Source of the DNA: Chrysomallon squamiferum
Taxonomy: Eukaryota > Animalia > Mollusca
Reading direction: 5' to 3'
NCBI GenBank assembly: GCA_012295275.1
Contig: CM022668.1
Coordinates: 5,890,001-5,954,000 of the forward strand
DNA length: 64,000 bases
The notes under the pieces are model-generated. The model was given only the letters and a program-made list of their open reading frames with translations. It made no database searches and was not told the origin of the DNA. Positions 40,184-54,977 of this stretch are shown piece after piece (the first letter of the stretch is position 1; every line of letters starts with the position of its first letter). The translations under genes were made by a program, and so were the position numbers.

Positions 40184-41553
40184 TATTACATCAGCATATA
40201 ATTATAACACATTAACATTTCTTAAGTGAAAAATATGTATTTGTTAAATAAGAGAAAACTCGCTATTACACGACATTAAAAAAAAAAATAAAAATAATAA
40301 TAAATAAATAAATAAAAATGATTAATTAGCAGAGAAACTCTTTTATATAAACTCGAACATCACATACCACGTTATTTTTAATATCAAGTTTTGGGGTACT
40401 GGTTAGAACGGGAATACAACAAAGGCCTTAACGAGAAAATATCGTGCGTTACTAATCAAACATTATATGTCTGAGACAAGATTATGTTGATGAGGGTTGA
40501 AGCACGTTTGTCATGGACAGAAGCAGATATGGTAAGTGTTAATGTGACAGGACGTGTCATCTCACCAGTCGATTCGTGGAGTTTGATCAGTCTCCTCTCA
40601 ATGTTTAGTTCTGTTTCTCATCGAATATTATTAACTATTTTTCTTATATTTTTTAAATTATTTTTTAAATTATTTTTTTTTTAATTATTTTTTACTATTA
40701 TTATTTTGTATCTACATCATTTTATTTATTTATTAGTTTACTTTTTTCCTTATTTTTCTTTCTTTTTCTCTCGTGTTTTAATTCTTTCTTTCCTTGTTTT
40801 CGCTTTTCCTTCTTTTTCTTTTGCCTTCTTGCTATTTTGTTCTGTATGTTTATGTATTACTAAACTGCCATAGCATTGTTAATTAAAAATAATGTCTTTG
40901 TTTTAATATGAAAACAATATTGATATCTTAATCAACGAACGTTTAAGAATCATTCATTTTTCAGTTTTCTTCAAAACTAAACTGAAAACAAAAATTGTGT
41001 GTGTTTTAATTTCTTATTTTTCTATCTTGACCCGACTTATAGCTTTCCACTGTTGTTATTTATTTATTTATTTATTTATTTATTCAATTATTTATTTATT
41101 TATTTATTAGTATTATATCAGCAAACAAGACAGAAAAATATGTTAACATAAATTTAATTAAAAATCAAATTCACGCAGTTGAATACAATAATTATTCAGA
41201 TATCACGCAGTTATTCATAAACCAGGTACAAACACTCCTGCACATACAAAGACTCCTATCTGCACTGTTATTATTAATATCAACCTTGTTAGGAAAACGA
41301 TTTAAAGTATGTATTATTTACACAAATGCTCGCCTCTGTATCGACAAATAAAATGAATAATGCACCTCTGACGAGTACGTCTGGAAACATGGAGTAAATT
41401 AAACACTGCATTGTCGTCTGCTGACGTCGTCGGAAACTGGAAAGTGTATTACACAACGGCGCGTCAAGACTGCACGTGAAGATGGCTATTAATCCGGAGT
41501 CGGGAAGTTCAAGTGTCATTGTTATTAATGGTTTAAAGTGATGTTCTTTTGTT

Positions 41554-41594
<41 letters not shown>

Positions 41595-41666
41595 CGCTCT
41601 CACTCACTCGGTGTAATTTTATTTATTTTTTAATGTGTTTTTGCTTGCTGGTTATTTATTTTTTTT

Positions 41667-41703
<37 letters not shown>

Positions 41704-41727
41704 CTTCGTTTCTTTGTATCTGCTTTA

Positions 41728-41767
<40 letters not shown>

Positions 41768-41903
41768 GTTCGTTGTTTCTTTTTGTTTTAATTCTTTCTT
41801 TCTCATTTCATTTCTTTATTTCTTTATTATTATCAATCTTATTTTATTGTTTTCCGGTCTCGTTATTTGTTTTATTAGCTTTTTATATTATTATTATAAT
41901 TAC

Positions 41904-41949
<46 letters not shown>

Positions 41950-42875
41950 TTTTTATTATTATTCGCTGTTGTCGCTGTTGGTATTGATGCTACAGCTGGT
42001 GTCATTGCCACAATGTTGTTCATTATTTATTCGTTAACTTTTCTTCCTTTTAAAAAATCTTCCCCAAAAAACCCTCTAAAATAACATTTAAAAAAAAAAT
42101 AACCTACTAACGTGAACACTTGCACCAGTTCTTAGCACTGACTAACGTAACGAAAAACGAGACGTGAAACCTCGGCACGATTATATCACGTGACCTGCAG
42201 CCATGTTGAAAACATGAATCATCTACAGTGTTCCTTAATTACCGGTAGTTTTGAGTCTTCTCCTATTTCTTTCATTTACTTTTCTATTTCGAATTAATGG
42301 ATAATATTCATCTAGGATTTTTTTCCCGTTCTAGATAATATTGGAGTAGCATGCTACGTTTTCCACAGCATACATCCTCACTAACAGAAATGGAAAATGT
42401 ATAGTTCATACACGACACACTTCTAAGCTTATTATAGAAAAAAAAAACTATCTTTTTTCCCGTTCTAGATTAAGCTCTAACGTTGTAACTGAATTTTGTG
42501 TTTGATCTGTAATCAAGGTAAAATGTACACTTGAACTGTTTTTCTCTGTCTGCCTGTCTGTCTGTTTCTTTCTCTGTCTGTATGTCTGTGTGACACGTTT
42601 AATGGTAAAGATAGTTATTCTTCTTTTCTTTACTTTTACTTATATATATATATATATATTAAAAGGTGTGTCTCTGACCTGAGATTGTCTCGCTATCGGG
42701 TGACAGATTAACGAAGGATTGATAAAATCTCGAATTCCTGAATTAATTCTCAAACAGCAGAAAAGTAATAAAACAGTCTGTTACTCAGCAACGAAAGATT
42801 TTAACCGATCGCACGAGATTTTCTTAAACGCTTTATTTACTCGTGATACTAGTCTTCTTCTTCCGGATTTCGTTG

Positions 42876-43007
42876 TTGTCTTGGCTGTTATTCTTATTCT
42901 TCTTGTTGTTTTTTATCTTGTCTTGGCTGTTATTCTTATTCTTCTTGTTGTTTTTTATCTTGTCTTGGCTGTTATTCTTATTCTTCTTGTTATTTTTTAT
43001 CTTGTCT
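42876..43007. repeat. 42-bp tandem repeat, 3 copies
   Basis: TTGTCTTGGCTGTTATTCTTATTCTTCTTGTTGTTTTTTATC at 42876, 42918, 42960. Confidence 0.9.
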
Positions 43008-43092
43008 GTTTGTTTCTTTGTTTCTTTCTTTTTCGTCTTCGTTTTGTCTTTGCTGTCACTCGTCTTTTTCTATTTTCCATCAAAAATATTTG

Positions 43093-43124
<32 letters not shown>

Positions 43125-45217
43125 CTTCTTCTTCTTCTTTCTTTTTCTTCTTCTTCTTCTTCTTCTTCTTATTATTATTATTATTATTTAATAGAAGTAT
43201 TTATTAATTTATTTAATTATTTATTTTTATTACAATAATTTAGTCTTAGTGTTTCCTATAACAAAATATCTTTGTATGTATATACCACAAATATTCATCA
43301 CTACAATACCCAAACAAACAGACTATAATTATATATAGACTTATATTTTCTCTTTTTTAAATATTTATTTATTCTTGCGTGCTCTTTATGTTATCATCTG
43401 AACGTTAATTTTTAATCTTTAAAATTCTGTGGTGAATTAATAATAACGATGATGATAATGATGAGTTATTACTGTCATTATGACTGTCATCATCATTATC
43501 ATCATCATTTCATTTATTACTGTCTATTTCCAATCATTCTGACTTTTTAAGCTCATTTCACAAGGTATTTCATTATCAGAATAACAATTTTCCCCTTCTT
43601 TTAACGTCCTAAATTCCAATTTGAAAACAAAATATTTTAACAAAACAGACAGCAGTAAGTGAGAGTTAAAGGTGACGTATCTACAAGTCAACTACTCGAC
43701 GTGATCGGTTTCCTAGCAACGTCAGATGACTTTACACGAGGAAATAAATTTCGTTAAGGTTGTATTTTATTGCTGAGATCGCGGATACCCCACCTGTAAT
43801 TAATTCGTGTGTATAGGTATTAATAAGAATTTAGGTGTGGTCAGATTTATATATCTGTAAATAAATCTATTATAAATTTATTGGAAAGTTAATACTCGAA
43901 TATAAAGCTGGAGCTGACATAAATCAAACGTCAAAACATTTACATTTCTTCGCTGCTTGTTAGGTTTTTTCGCCTTTTTGAGTGTATTTTTGTGGTTGTC
44001 TGTGTGTTCATATGTCTGCATTTGTCTGTGTGCATATATGTATGTATGTATCTGGTGCATATATGTTGTTTTTTTCTGTGTATGTGTGTGTATATATATA
44101 TCTTTATATTTGCACAACACACACAGTCATGCATATATATATACATATATATATTTAACAAATGGTTGCATGTTCCATCTTGTGAAGTCGTGATTGGACT
44201 TTGTCCTCCTGCGCCAGTGCTTTCCCGAATATTGTCTATGTGCAGAGTCTATTCAGACGTACATAAGACAGTGAATATTCAAAATCCTGAGCTACATATA
44301 TCTGTGTATGTATGTATATGTGTTTGTGTGTGTATGTGTGTATGTATGTATGTATGTACGTATGTATGTATGAATGTACGTATATGTATATATCTTCTAT
44401 CTCTCTCTTTCACTTAGTCTCTTCCAGTCTCTCTATTTATTTATTTATCTATCTATCGATCTATCTATCTATCTATCTATCTTCTATCACCTTCCTTCTC
44501 TCTGTATCTCCCAGTGCCCCTATTTTTTTTTTTTTTTTTTATCTATCTACACACACACACACACGCACGCACGCATACATCTCGTTATTTGCTTGACTAT
44601 CGATATATCTATATCTCTATGTGCATGTGTCTATGTTTCTCTGTATGTGTTTATACGGTCATGCCACTTACGTCAGCGAGAGTAATTGTTTATAATAAAA
44701 TACGTCATATCAAATAATTTATAATTTGTTAGAAATCATCGAAGCTAGTAAAAAAAAAAAAAAAAAAAAAATTATCTGAGACTAATATGCAATAAATTCT
44801 TTTTTTAAATTAATACGATTGTGTGTGTAAGTAGGTATGTAAATATAAATATTATTCTTTCTCACCACTGCTTCAGTTTTTGTATCGCTCTGTTTCTTTA
44901 AGAATCGTTACGAAACTAACGACATTATTTGAAAAAACATGACTACGTGCTGGAACTGAATGAAGTCGTTGTTTGCTTTGATGCTGCTGAAAAGCTCTTC
45001 AAATCTGGTGACGACAGCCATGACATGGACGTCGTAATGTGTTTACCTTACCTGACGTTGTGGTAGTTGTGTTATGTCATTTGCATGCAACTTGTGCATG
45101 GTTCCAAAAAGAACTAAGAAAAGATTATAAATACGTGTTCAGTTACTTAAACGAACACACCCCTTATTTTGAGTGCATGTTTTTATTATTATTTCAATTT
45201 TTTTTTCTTATATCGGG

Positions 45218-45375
45218 AGTATCTATAATAATTAATAAAATAATTATTTGTAGTATTTGTAGTAAATGCTAATACATAATAAATGATAAAATAACTGTAT
45301 AAAAAAATATAAAAAAAAAATTAAGAGTGGAGGGAATGGTGACTAAATATATATGAAGACTGTGTATGATTTATC
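45218..45375. repeat. dispersed ~160-bp repeat, copy 2
   Basis: Same orientation as 28320..28493, aligned by eye. Confidence 0.85.
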
Positions 45376-45398
45376 TTTATTATTATTATTATTATTAT

Positions 45399-45430
<32 letters not shown>

Positions 45431-45431
45431 A

Positions 45432-45487
<56 letters not shown>

Positions 45488-45686
45488 ACTTTTATAAAGT
45501 GCCTAGCCGATCAGAGTTTGTAGAAATTTAAAAAAGTAATAATAATAAAAATGAAAAATAAAATGGTTACAGTTCAAACCGCTGTTTCATAATAATATAT
45601 AATATCTGTCGTTTCATTTAATACATGTCAAAATGCATTTTTCTTTTTACTTTATTCTTTTATTTTTTTAAATTTATTTATTTATT

Positions 45687-45725
<39 letters not shown>

Positions 45726-45744
45726 ATTTCTATTTTTTCTTCCT

Positions 45745-45782
<38 letters not shown>

Positions 45783-46020
45783 CAACTTTAGATTATATCA
45801 ATTTTATTTATTTATTTATTCATTTATTTATTTACTTATTTATTTATGTATTGGGTTTGTTTGGCTGAATGTTTGTTTATTCATTTTCTATTTGTCTAGC
45901 GCGTTATTTCCCGTTCTGCCTAAACATCTGAGAAGCGTCTTCCTGTTTATTTGAATCTGTATATATGCTTCTTTGAGAGTCTTTCCTCGTGTAACAATAA
46001 ACAAATTCACAACTTTCAAA

Positions 46021-46051
<31 letters not shown>

Positions 46052-46210
46052 CAATATAAATATATAATCAGATTAATACAATCTAAATCAAATATATATA
46101 TATAAAAGAATTAAAAAAAGAAAAAAAGAAGCCAACAAAGGTTAAAATTTTAACGTTTTGAGATTTCATTTTCCTGATATTCGTTGATTTATCATTACTA
46201 ATAATTACAA

Positions 46211-46254
<44 letters not shown>

Positions 46255-46615
46255 TATATATTATTGCATCCTTTTCATCTTATTTTGCATAACACTTTTA
46301 CAGATCTGTTTGTACGTTTCCCATGCTCAGTATCAAAAGAAAAAAAATAAATAAAATGGAGCTGTTACCATGACAATAGTGTCCCCCGCTGTACTGTTGT
46401 ATAAACACAAGGGGAATATTGTTACTGATACTGTCGACCCTTGCCATCAGATCGTTAACAAGTCGACCACACCCTAGACTTCGGTTACGGCGCTAAATTA
46501 ACAGTGATATGAGGTGTGCAAATAAGGGTACATAATAGCTTTTGAAATCTAGACAGGTGTGTGAAAAACTGATCAAGAATAATAGCGATACTGTTTAAAT
46601 ACGTCTGCGTGTGAG

Positions 46616-46978
<363 letters not shown>

Positions 46979-48173
46979 TGTGTGCCTTTGTCTATGAAGT
47001 ATATGTGAGTATGCATGTGGGTGCTTGTAGTGTATTTTGTGAAGGAATGTGTTTGATTGCTTGGTGTGTGTGTGTGTATATATATATGACTGGACGAGGA
47101 TTTGCATGGTTATGAATGCTCGTGTTTGTGTGATGTGCTTTTGAGACTGCAGATAACTAGTGTGTTTCTCTTTAAGTGTACGTGCGAATGTGTTTCAGTA
47201 AGTGGCATTTCTGGCGAATGCGGGAATGCGAGCGTCTGCGTGTCTCTGTGTGTGTGTACTTAATGTTGTATATAATCTGTATACGACAAAATAAGTTCTC
47301 ATGGGCCACTTGCTGATCAAGGTTAAAGATAAATCTTATTAACAATGTTAACATTTGCCTGTTCTTTATCACACACTTGTATTATGTCGTCTGTTCCTTT
47401 GTCGTATCCCTGGTTACCACAGCAACCACTACAACATAATACCTGATGCTTTCAATGTCCGTCTTTCCTGAAATGGCCGGCTCGATTTCTGATATTTGCT
47501 CTAACTGACTGGCCGGCGTTTTAGACTAGCCGTAAAGAAGAGCATCGGAGACGGTGGGAAAATACAAAAGAAGAAAAAAAGAATAACAAAGAGAGAAGTT
47601 TGTTTTTGAAAATGTCGGCGATTTATGAAAGCCGAGTGAAACTAGTATTTCCACGGAGAAAAACTGGGACTGGTACCATTTATACATACACAATTTTTGT
47701 TTCTATTGTCTGTTTGTTCTTTTAGTTATACGACAGAGATGTTTTGAATAAGTGAAATAACAAACAGAGAGTTAAGACACCAAAGTAAACGGTCGTTTTG
47801 GGTTCCTTGTGGTTCGTCAATGTCATTCATAAAACCCGTCCCTGAAAAGATGTGTGTTTGTGGTGTGTGGGTGTTTCTTCTTCTTCTTCTGTTTGTTTTA
47901 TTTCTTTATTATTATTGTTGTTGTTGTCGTTGTTGTTGTTGTGCTGCTGTTTCCTAATTCTTCATGACTAATGATTTTACAGAAATTTCTTTTTTTTTAA
48001 TGGTATTTGTTTGTTGTTGTTGTTTTGTTTTGTTGTAGTAGCAGTAATAGATGGTAATAATGGAAGTAGTAGTAGTAGTAGTAGTAGTAGTAACGATGAT
48101 GTCTAATAACTTTGACAAAATACACCAACCCATATATCCGTCTACATAGACACACTGAAACACATTCACACTT

Positions 48174-48222
<49 letters not shown>

Positions 48223-48545
48223 TGTGTCTATATATTATATACACACACACACACACACACACATACATAATCTCACACATATCACCATTTTAGAAATGTT
48301 ATCAGTGTAGTAATTACACCAGTCACATGAAATTCAGAGAATTTGAAATATTTATTTATTATTATTTGTTTTTTTATTTTTACTAAATCTCTACAATGAC
48401 ATGAATTCCTATGTTGTTGAAGGCAATCTGTGACTTCAAATTCGAGGTATCGAGATAAATTTCTTAAGAAAGGAAAAGATTAGAGCTGTATACAGATGTT
48501 ATCTCGTTTTCCCTTATTTAATCATTTGTCTCTCAGAATCTTAAA

Positions 48546-48695
<150 letters not shown>

Positions 48696-49084
48696 TCAAA
48701 CGAATCTATCAGAGATCGCAGGCAACACGGCCAAACTCGTACATTATTCAGACGAAAAGGGCGGGTAATTCATTCATCTTTTTCATGTTAGTGAAGGAAA
48801 GCGAAATGTTTAAATGATTCTTAATGGCAGTTTTTCTTTGTATCGCTAAAAAAAAAAAAAACCTTTGCGATAAGTGTTTATCAGATATCGAGTGAAAGTC
48901 AAGTTTAATAGAAAACGTGCACACGACTAGGTAGATCGATAAAAGGCACGAACGAATGCAAAACGATTAAAAATAAATTACAGCATAATGAGGTGACGTC
49001 AGAGAGGGAGGGTTCATTAGGGTAAAAAATAACAAGGAAAATGTTTTGAATAAAATATCACGATTTTATTTAGTTATTTATTTA

Positions 49085-49141
<57 letters not shown>

Positions 49142-49739
49142 GTTGTTGTTGTTATTGTTGTTGTTCAAATTTTGTTATTATTGTTTCTGCTACTGTTTTT
49201 CTTGTACTTATTTTTCTCCTGGCTGTAATTTTAATCTTGCTGTAACATTAAATAAATGAATAAACAAATGAATAAACAAATAAATTTCAGTATTAGTTAA
49301 TAAACATTCATGTTCGCAATAAAAAATATAAAAAAATGGTAAGTAACTAGACAGACAAATAAGCTAACAAAACAAAACCCAGAAAGTTTTCGCTGTTGAA
49401 TGAAATCATTCATAATGTAGACCATTGTACCATTTCTAAACGGTCCACATTTCGACAAAGGACCGCTAGAGGTCACTACGGCTACGCCCTCTACAGAAAA
49501 CAACGGCAGTTTGTGTCAAAGGTAATATTCGCTCTCCTGCTGCTTTGATCTTCTTTCGCGTCTTGTCCGTCCAAGGAAGATTTTTTTTGTTTTGGTTTTT
49601 TTTAGTTTTCTATTTCCCCCCCCCAGTTTAAAAATTCAATAATGTTGTTTTTTCTATGTTACTCTATTTAGGTCACCAAAATTCTTATTTATTTATTTTT
49701 ATTTTTTTTTTTTTTGTGTATCCATAGTTTATTTCTTCC

Positions 49740-49799
<60 letters not shown>

Positions 49800-51588
49800 T
49801 TGTTTTCTTATTTATTTTAATATTCTTGTACAAATTTTGTGACTTTTATTCTTCTTATGTTTTTATTTATCATTCGTTCTAGATTTTCTATCTTCATTTC
49901 AACTGCATTTTTTCCTTTCATTTTTTTTTTTTTTTTTTTTTTTATTTTGTAAACTTTCTATTTCTCATCAATTTTGTTATTTGTTCATTTTTCTTTACTT
50001 TTCTTTCTTACTTCGTTCTTCTTTTTTTAAATTTTGTATTATTATTAATTTGTTTAATGTTTTATTCTTTTTCCTTAATCATTCATTCTTTTATTCCTGT
50101 TGTTTTTTCTTTCTTTTCATCATACGTTTGTGTAACACGTAATGGCCGATCTGTTTTTCATGTTGGGTTGTCATTAAATCATTCATTCCTTTTTCGTGTT
50201 TCATTTCTCTTCACTTTCTTCTTTCTTTCTTTATTTATTTTCGTTATTGCGTCTATCATTTTTCTCTCTCCACCTTCATTCATCTTTCCCGTCTATCTTT
50301 TTCTTTCCTTTCCTTTTCTCTTTATTTCTATACCTCTCCTTCTTTCCGTCTTTCCATTTTATCTCCTATCGCCTTTCTCCTTTTTTTTATTACCCAGTTG
50401 TAGAAAGTGAAAATGGTATTTAACAAAATTGTTTGTTTTTCTCTAGAACTTGAATCGCTTGTACGTGTCACTGCAAAGAATGGTGGCTTGTAAAATTGAT
50501 CCGCAAATACAGACGTGGTCATAGCTCTAAGCACGACTGTATCTGAACAAAACGAAAAATAATTGAGACATTGTCGTCTGCTTGAACCAGACCAAATAAA
50601 ACGTGTCTAGCCATGAAATCGAGAAATTTGTGATAGAAACAAATCAGGTGATAGAATCATTTTTCTTATCCATCTTTCCATTCTCGTTAGATCTTCTTCT
50701 TCTTCTATTTTTCATTATTATTTTTATTCTTCTGTCTCTGGATTTTTTTTTTTTTTTTTTTCATTCATATATTCTTTCTTTTATCTCTTTTTTCTTTTCT
50801 AAAAACAGCGATTACTATTACTACTACTACTACCACCATCATCACATCTGCCGCTACTGCTTCAACTAGTACTCGTTCTGCAGCTTCTACTACTACTAGT
50901 ACTACTGCTGCTACTATTACTAGTACTGCTACTGATACTAATACGAATACTAATACTGCTGTTCTGTTACTACATACTACTAACACTATTACTACTACTA
51001 CTATTAAAACGACAACTATTACTATTAATCTACTATCTCTAATATTACGTTTTTTGCTACTTTTATTATTACTATTACCATTATTACAGCTGCTGCTATT
51101 ATTACTAGTACCAACTCTACTACTGCCACCACTACCATCACAACTACTGCCACTGTTATTGCTTCTGCTACTGTGTACTGTTATTAACACTACTACACTA
51201 ATATTGCTAAAATTACAACTACTACATTACTACTGCATTTATTACTACGAATATTATTACTACTTGTATTCCACTATTAAAATTACTACTGTTGCTACTA
51301 CAACTATTACTATTTATACTATACTTCTACTACTGCTATTGCTGTACTACATCTACTAATATTACTACTAATACAGTTACTGCTACAACTACTTCTACTA
51401 CTGCTTCTATTATACTACTACTACTACTACTATTATTACTACTAATACTACTGTTGGTATTACGATTGCTGTATACATTTCTGTATTCGGGTACTATTAA
51501 TATCATCATCATCAAAGTTACTACATTATTGTTATTATTACTATTACTACTACTACTACTACTACTACTACTGCTACTGCTACTGCTG

Positions 51589-51620
<32 letters not shown>

Positions 51621-51630
51621 GCTACTACTA

Positions 51631-51665
<35 letters not shown>

Positions 51666-51666
51666 G

Positions 51667-51699
<33 letters not shown>

Positions 51700-51979
51700 G
51701 TAGTACTACTACCACTACTATTACTGCTTCTGTTGTTGTTGTTGTTGTCCTGTTACGTGGTTAGAAGATTAGAAAAATGGAAGAGATTCTGGTAAAAGTT
51801 TGTGTAAACGTTTATTAATTTCATTTAAAAAAAAATAATAATAATAAAAAAAAAAAAAAAAAAATAACGTAATGTATTTGATTAAACTTTCTAATTAAAG
51901 AACTTAATAAATTCAGCAATACATTTTTTGATTTATTATTATTATTTATTATTAATTTATTATTATTATTTATTTACAG

Positions 51980-52042
51980 GTTATACAAATGTGTATGAAC
52001 AAATCTACAGACTTCTACAAAACAGATACAAGGAAGAACTTT
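51980..52042 (+). pseudogene. degenerate fibrinogen-domain exon fragment
   Basis: tttacag|GTTATACAAATGTGTATGAACAAATCTACAGACTTCTACAAAAC...TACAAGGAAG (VIQMCMNKSTDFY) aligns to FReP exon 61586..61490 ([13 protein letters not shown]). Confidence 0.55.
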
Positions 52043-52210
52043 TAATTTTATGTTTATTTTAATGTTATTTTTATTGCCGATTTCAGGATGTACATTCATG
52101 TGTTGACACCTGGTTAACCAATCTGAAGCATGCTCAGTTAAATTGATATTTATATGAATAAGTAATAAAAAGGGGTGGGGATGGAATTCTTGAAATTAAG
52201 CAGAACAGAA

Positions 52211-52247
<37 letters not shown>

Positions 52248-53029
52248 TTAAATGTTAGATATGAATATTAATGTATACGATGAGCAATGACAGAACAACA
52301 ACATACACTAAAACATACACTACTTGCTGCCTACATAATATACATTAGTGGGTTTTCTCGCACAAAATTTAAATATACTGTTCATGTTATTATTAAAAAA
52401 AAAAAAATTAATAATAATAAAATTAAATTAAATTAAAATTAAAATAACGGAGAAATAAATAAAAGCAGAACCAAATCTCTTTGATCTTTTTTTCTCTTTG
52501 TAACTAAGCGAATTTCCTCCTTTCATTGCCACGGCACCACCGCACTACCATGCTGAAAATCTTTGATCTTTGTGAATATCAATACGAGGCTCCTGACCCG
52601 GACTAAGGCGTGGTCCTTAAGTTGTCAAATCAATTTGTTACGCCGACTAGCTATAATAGTGAAAAATATATATATTAATGCGCCACCCGGAATGGAGGAA
52701 TTAACGCATTGACGAAACAACAATGGCGGATGTCGCTGTGTATTCAGCAACGCATTTTTTCAAAAGAGCGTTTCAGTTTTTCAAAATGCAGTGCATGTAA
52801 AGTCTGTTATCTGTTGAAACTTAAATGCCAGCAAAATGAAATCATAAAAAATAAAATAAAAAAATGTCTTCTGAAAATAACCAGAGGGCCTAGGTTACAT
52901 ACGAAAATACATGCTATAGAAAACTATAAATACGTCTGTTGGAGGTGGGGGGAGAAGCAGAACAAGAGAAAACGGATACAAAATAATTCTATTTATCTAA
53001 AAACCTTTGATACGTAATATGTTCATAAA

Positions 53030-54065
53030 AATACATACCCATATACAAAAAGACCAACCGAAACCATTACTGAATTATTTGAATTAAGCGTAAAAAATAA
53101 CGACTTTGAATTTAATGGAGAAATATATCGGCTGGTTTGTGGTTGAGCCATGTAATGGTAAAACGTTTCGGCCCAAAATTCGCCTCTGTTTCTATCGCAG
53201 ACTGGGAAGAAGCGGTTTTAAACAAAGCAACCAAAAAGCCATTTTTATATCAAAGATATTTAGATGACAGTTTTATTATATGGCAACATTACAAAGATTA
53301 AGTTTGAAAAAAATTTGAATGATTAAATCAACACAGTGATAATATAGAACATTAAACCACAATATTAGATAAAGTGGTAGATTTTTTTTTTTTTTTTTTT
53401 TTTTTATGTAACAGTTTACAAAGATATGCAGTTTGAAAAGTAATTTTTTAGATTATAAAGTATTTTTTAAACCCACAGATACCTACTGACTGCTGATTAT
53501 AAATCATTTCAACCTCATCATACATTTAAAGGTTTCATTAAATTAGGTTTCACAGAAATTCAAGTAACAACGAAGATTTTAATCTTGTCTGTTCAGCTTG
53601 ATGTGGTCTGAAAATGAAGGTTATTCAAAACGAGTTCTAAGGAAAATTAAATCTTCAACCATCGGAGAATTGGAAAAATCCTTGGATCCATCTGAAGTCC
53701 AGCATAATATTCACTTGGATAACGGATCTACAGTGATCAGATGCAGGCTTCATGATGTAATAAAATCTGTTCTACATTCAGTAGTGAACAAACCAAAACT
53801 GAATATCAAATCCAAACTAACCTAAGCTGTGATTCCAACAATATTGTGTATTTGATAACATGCAACATGTTTTAAAAAACAAAAAGAAAAACAAACAACA
53901 AGAATGCCAGCTAAACACAAAATATGAGTTAGAACTTTTTGTCACAGGTAAGATATTATGCATGAAATGGACATTCTTGCAGTCAGACATTTTAACCTAT
54001 CTCACTATATACTGGAGGATCATGATAAATAATTTCAACACCCATTCTTGGTTTCAAAACTGAAC
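53030..54065 (+). mobile_element. decayed Penelope-like retroelement (RT plus GIY-YIG endonuclease remnants)
   Basis: Broken frames read ITELFELSVKNNDFEFNGEIY..G*AM / KRFGPKFASVSIADWEE...KPFLYQRYLDDSFIIW (YLDD at 53257-53268) / DYKVFFKPTDTY*LL / SFQPHHTFKG / LSCDSNNIVYLITC. This order fits Penelope-like RT and endonuclease; many stops and frameshifts. Confidence 0.8.
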
Positions 54066-54929
54066 ATTACCTTTTTAGATGAACAAGAAGCATTTTGAAT
54101 CTGCACATTACAAACAAACAAAAAAATATTTGGAACCGGATAAATGTAAAGAGAGACAGAGCAAATAATTTTTTTTAGTAATTTACAGTTATTGCAATGA
54201 TGACATTGGTAAAATTATGAAGGAGCAATATTTTAACTTACAGAGAGATATGAAAAATTCAATAACAGCACGTCCCATCAAGTTTAAAAAAAGCAAGTTT
54301 AAAGGAAATTGATGTCTCCACATGATTTTCTGAAAAATATGCCTGTATAAAGTTAGTTTCTGAAGCATTTACAAATTAATTCAATACAAGATACAGAAAT
54401 TTAAAAAAAAAAATGATCAAAGAATATGTTATTTGCTCCAAATGTTTATGATTTTTTTTTCTGAAATATGTTTTCTACAGATTTTGAGAAATGTTACCTT
54501 CTGAATAGTTGTTGAAAGAGCTTTAAATAGATATCAAAATGTATTTTTCTAGGTGTGTATTTGTTTGAAACGATACAATATTTTATAGATTTTTGAGAAA
54601 GGATACGTTCAAAGTAGTTTTTGAAACAGTTCTAAATAGATTTAGAAATTTATTTTTATTAAAAAAACATGAATGCTTTTGTGTGTAGTTTCAAATTGTT
54701 TTATGTATGTAAATAAATGTTTTTCAAATATGATATCAAAATAATATATACATAGCCAAAGGATGAAAGCACACTGTAATACACATTACAATGGTCAATT
54801 TAAGTTAATTCAAATCTTTGTATATAATAAAACACACACACACATATATACACAAACATATACAAACATATACACACATATGTACATACACATATATACA
54901 CACACATATATATATATTCACACACACAT

Positions 54930-54977
<48 letters not shown>

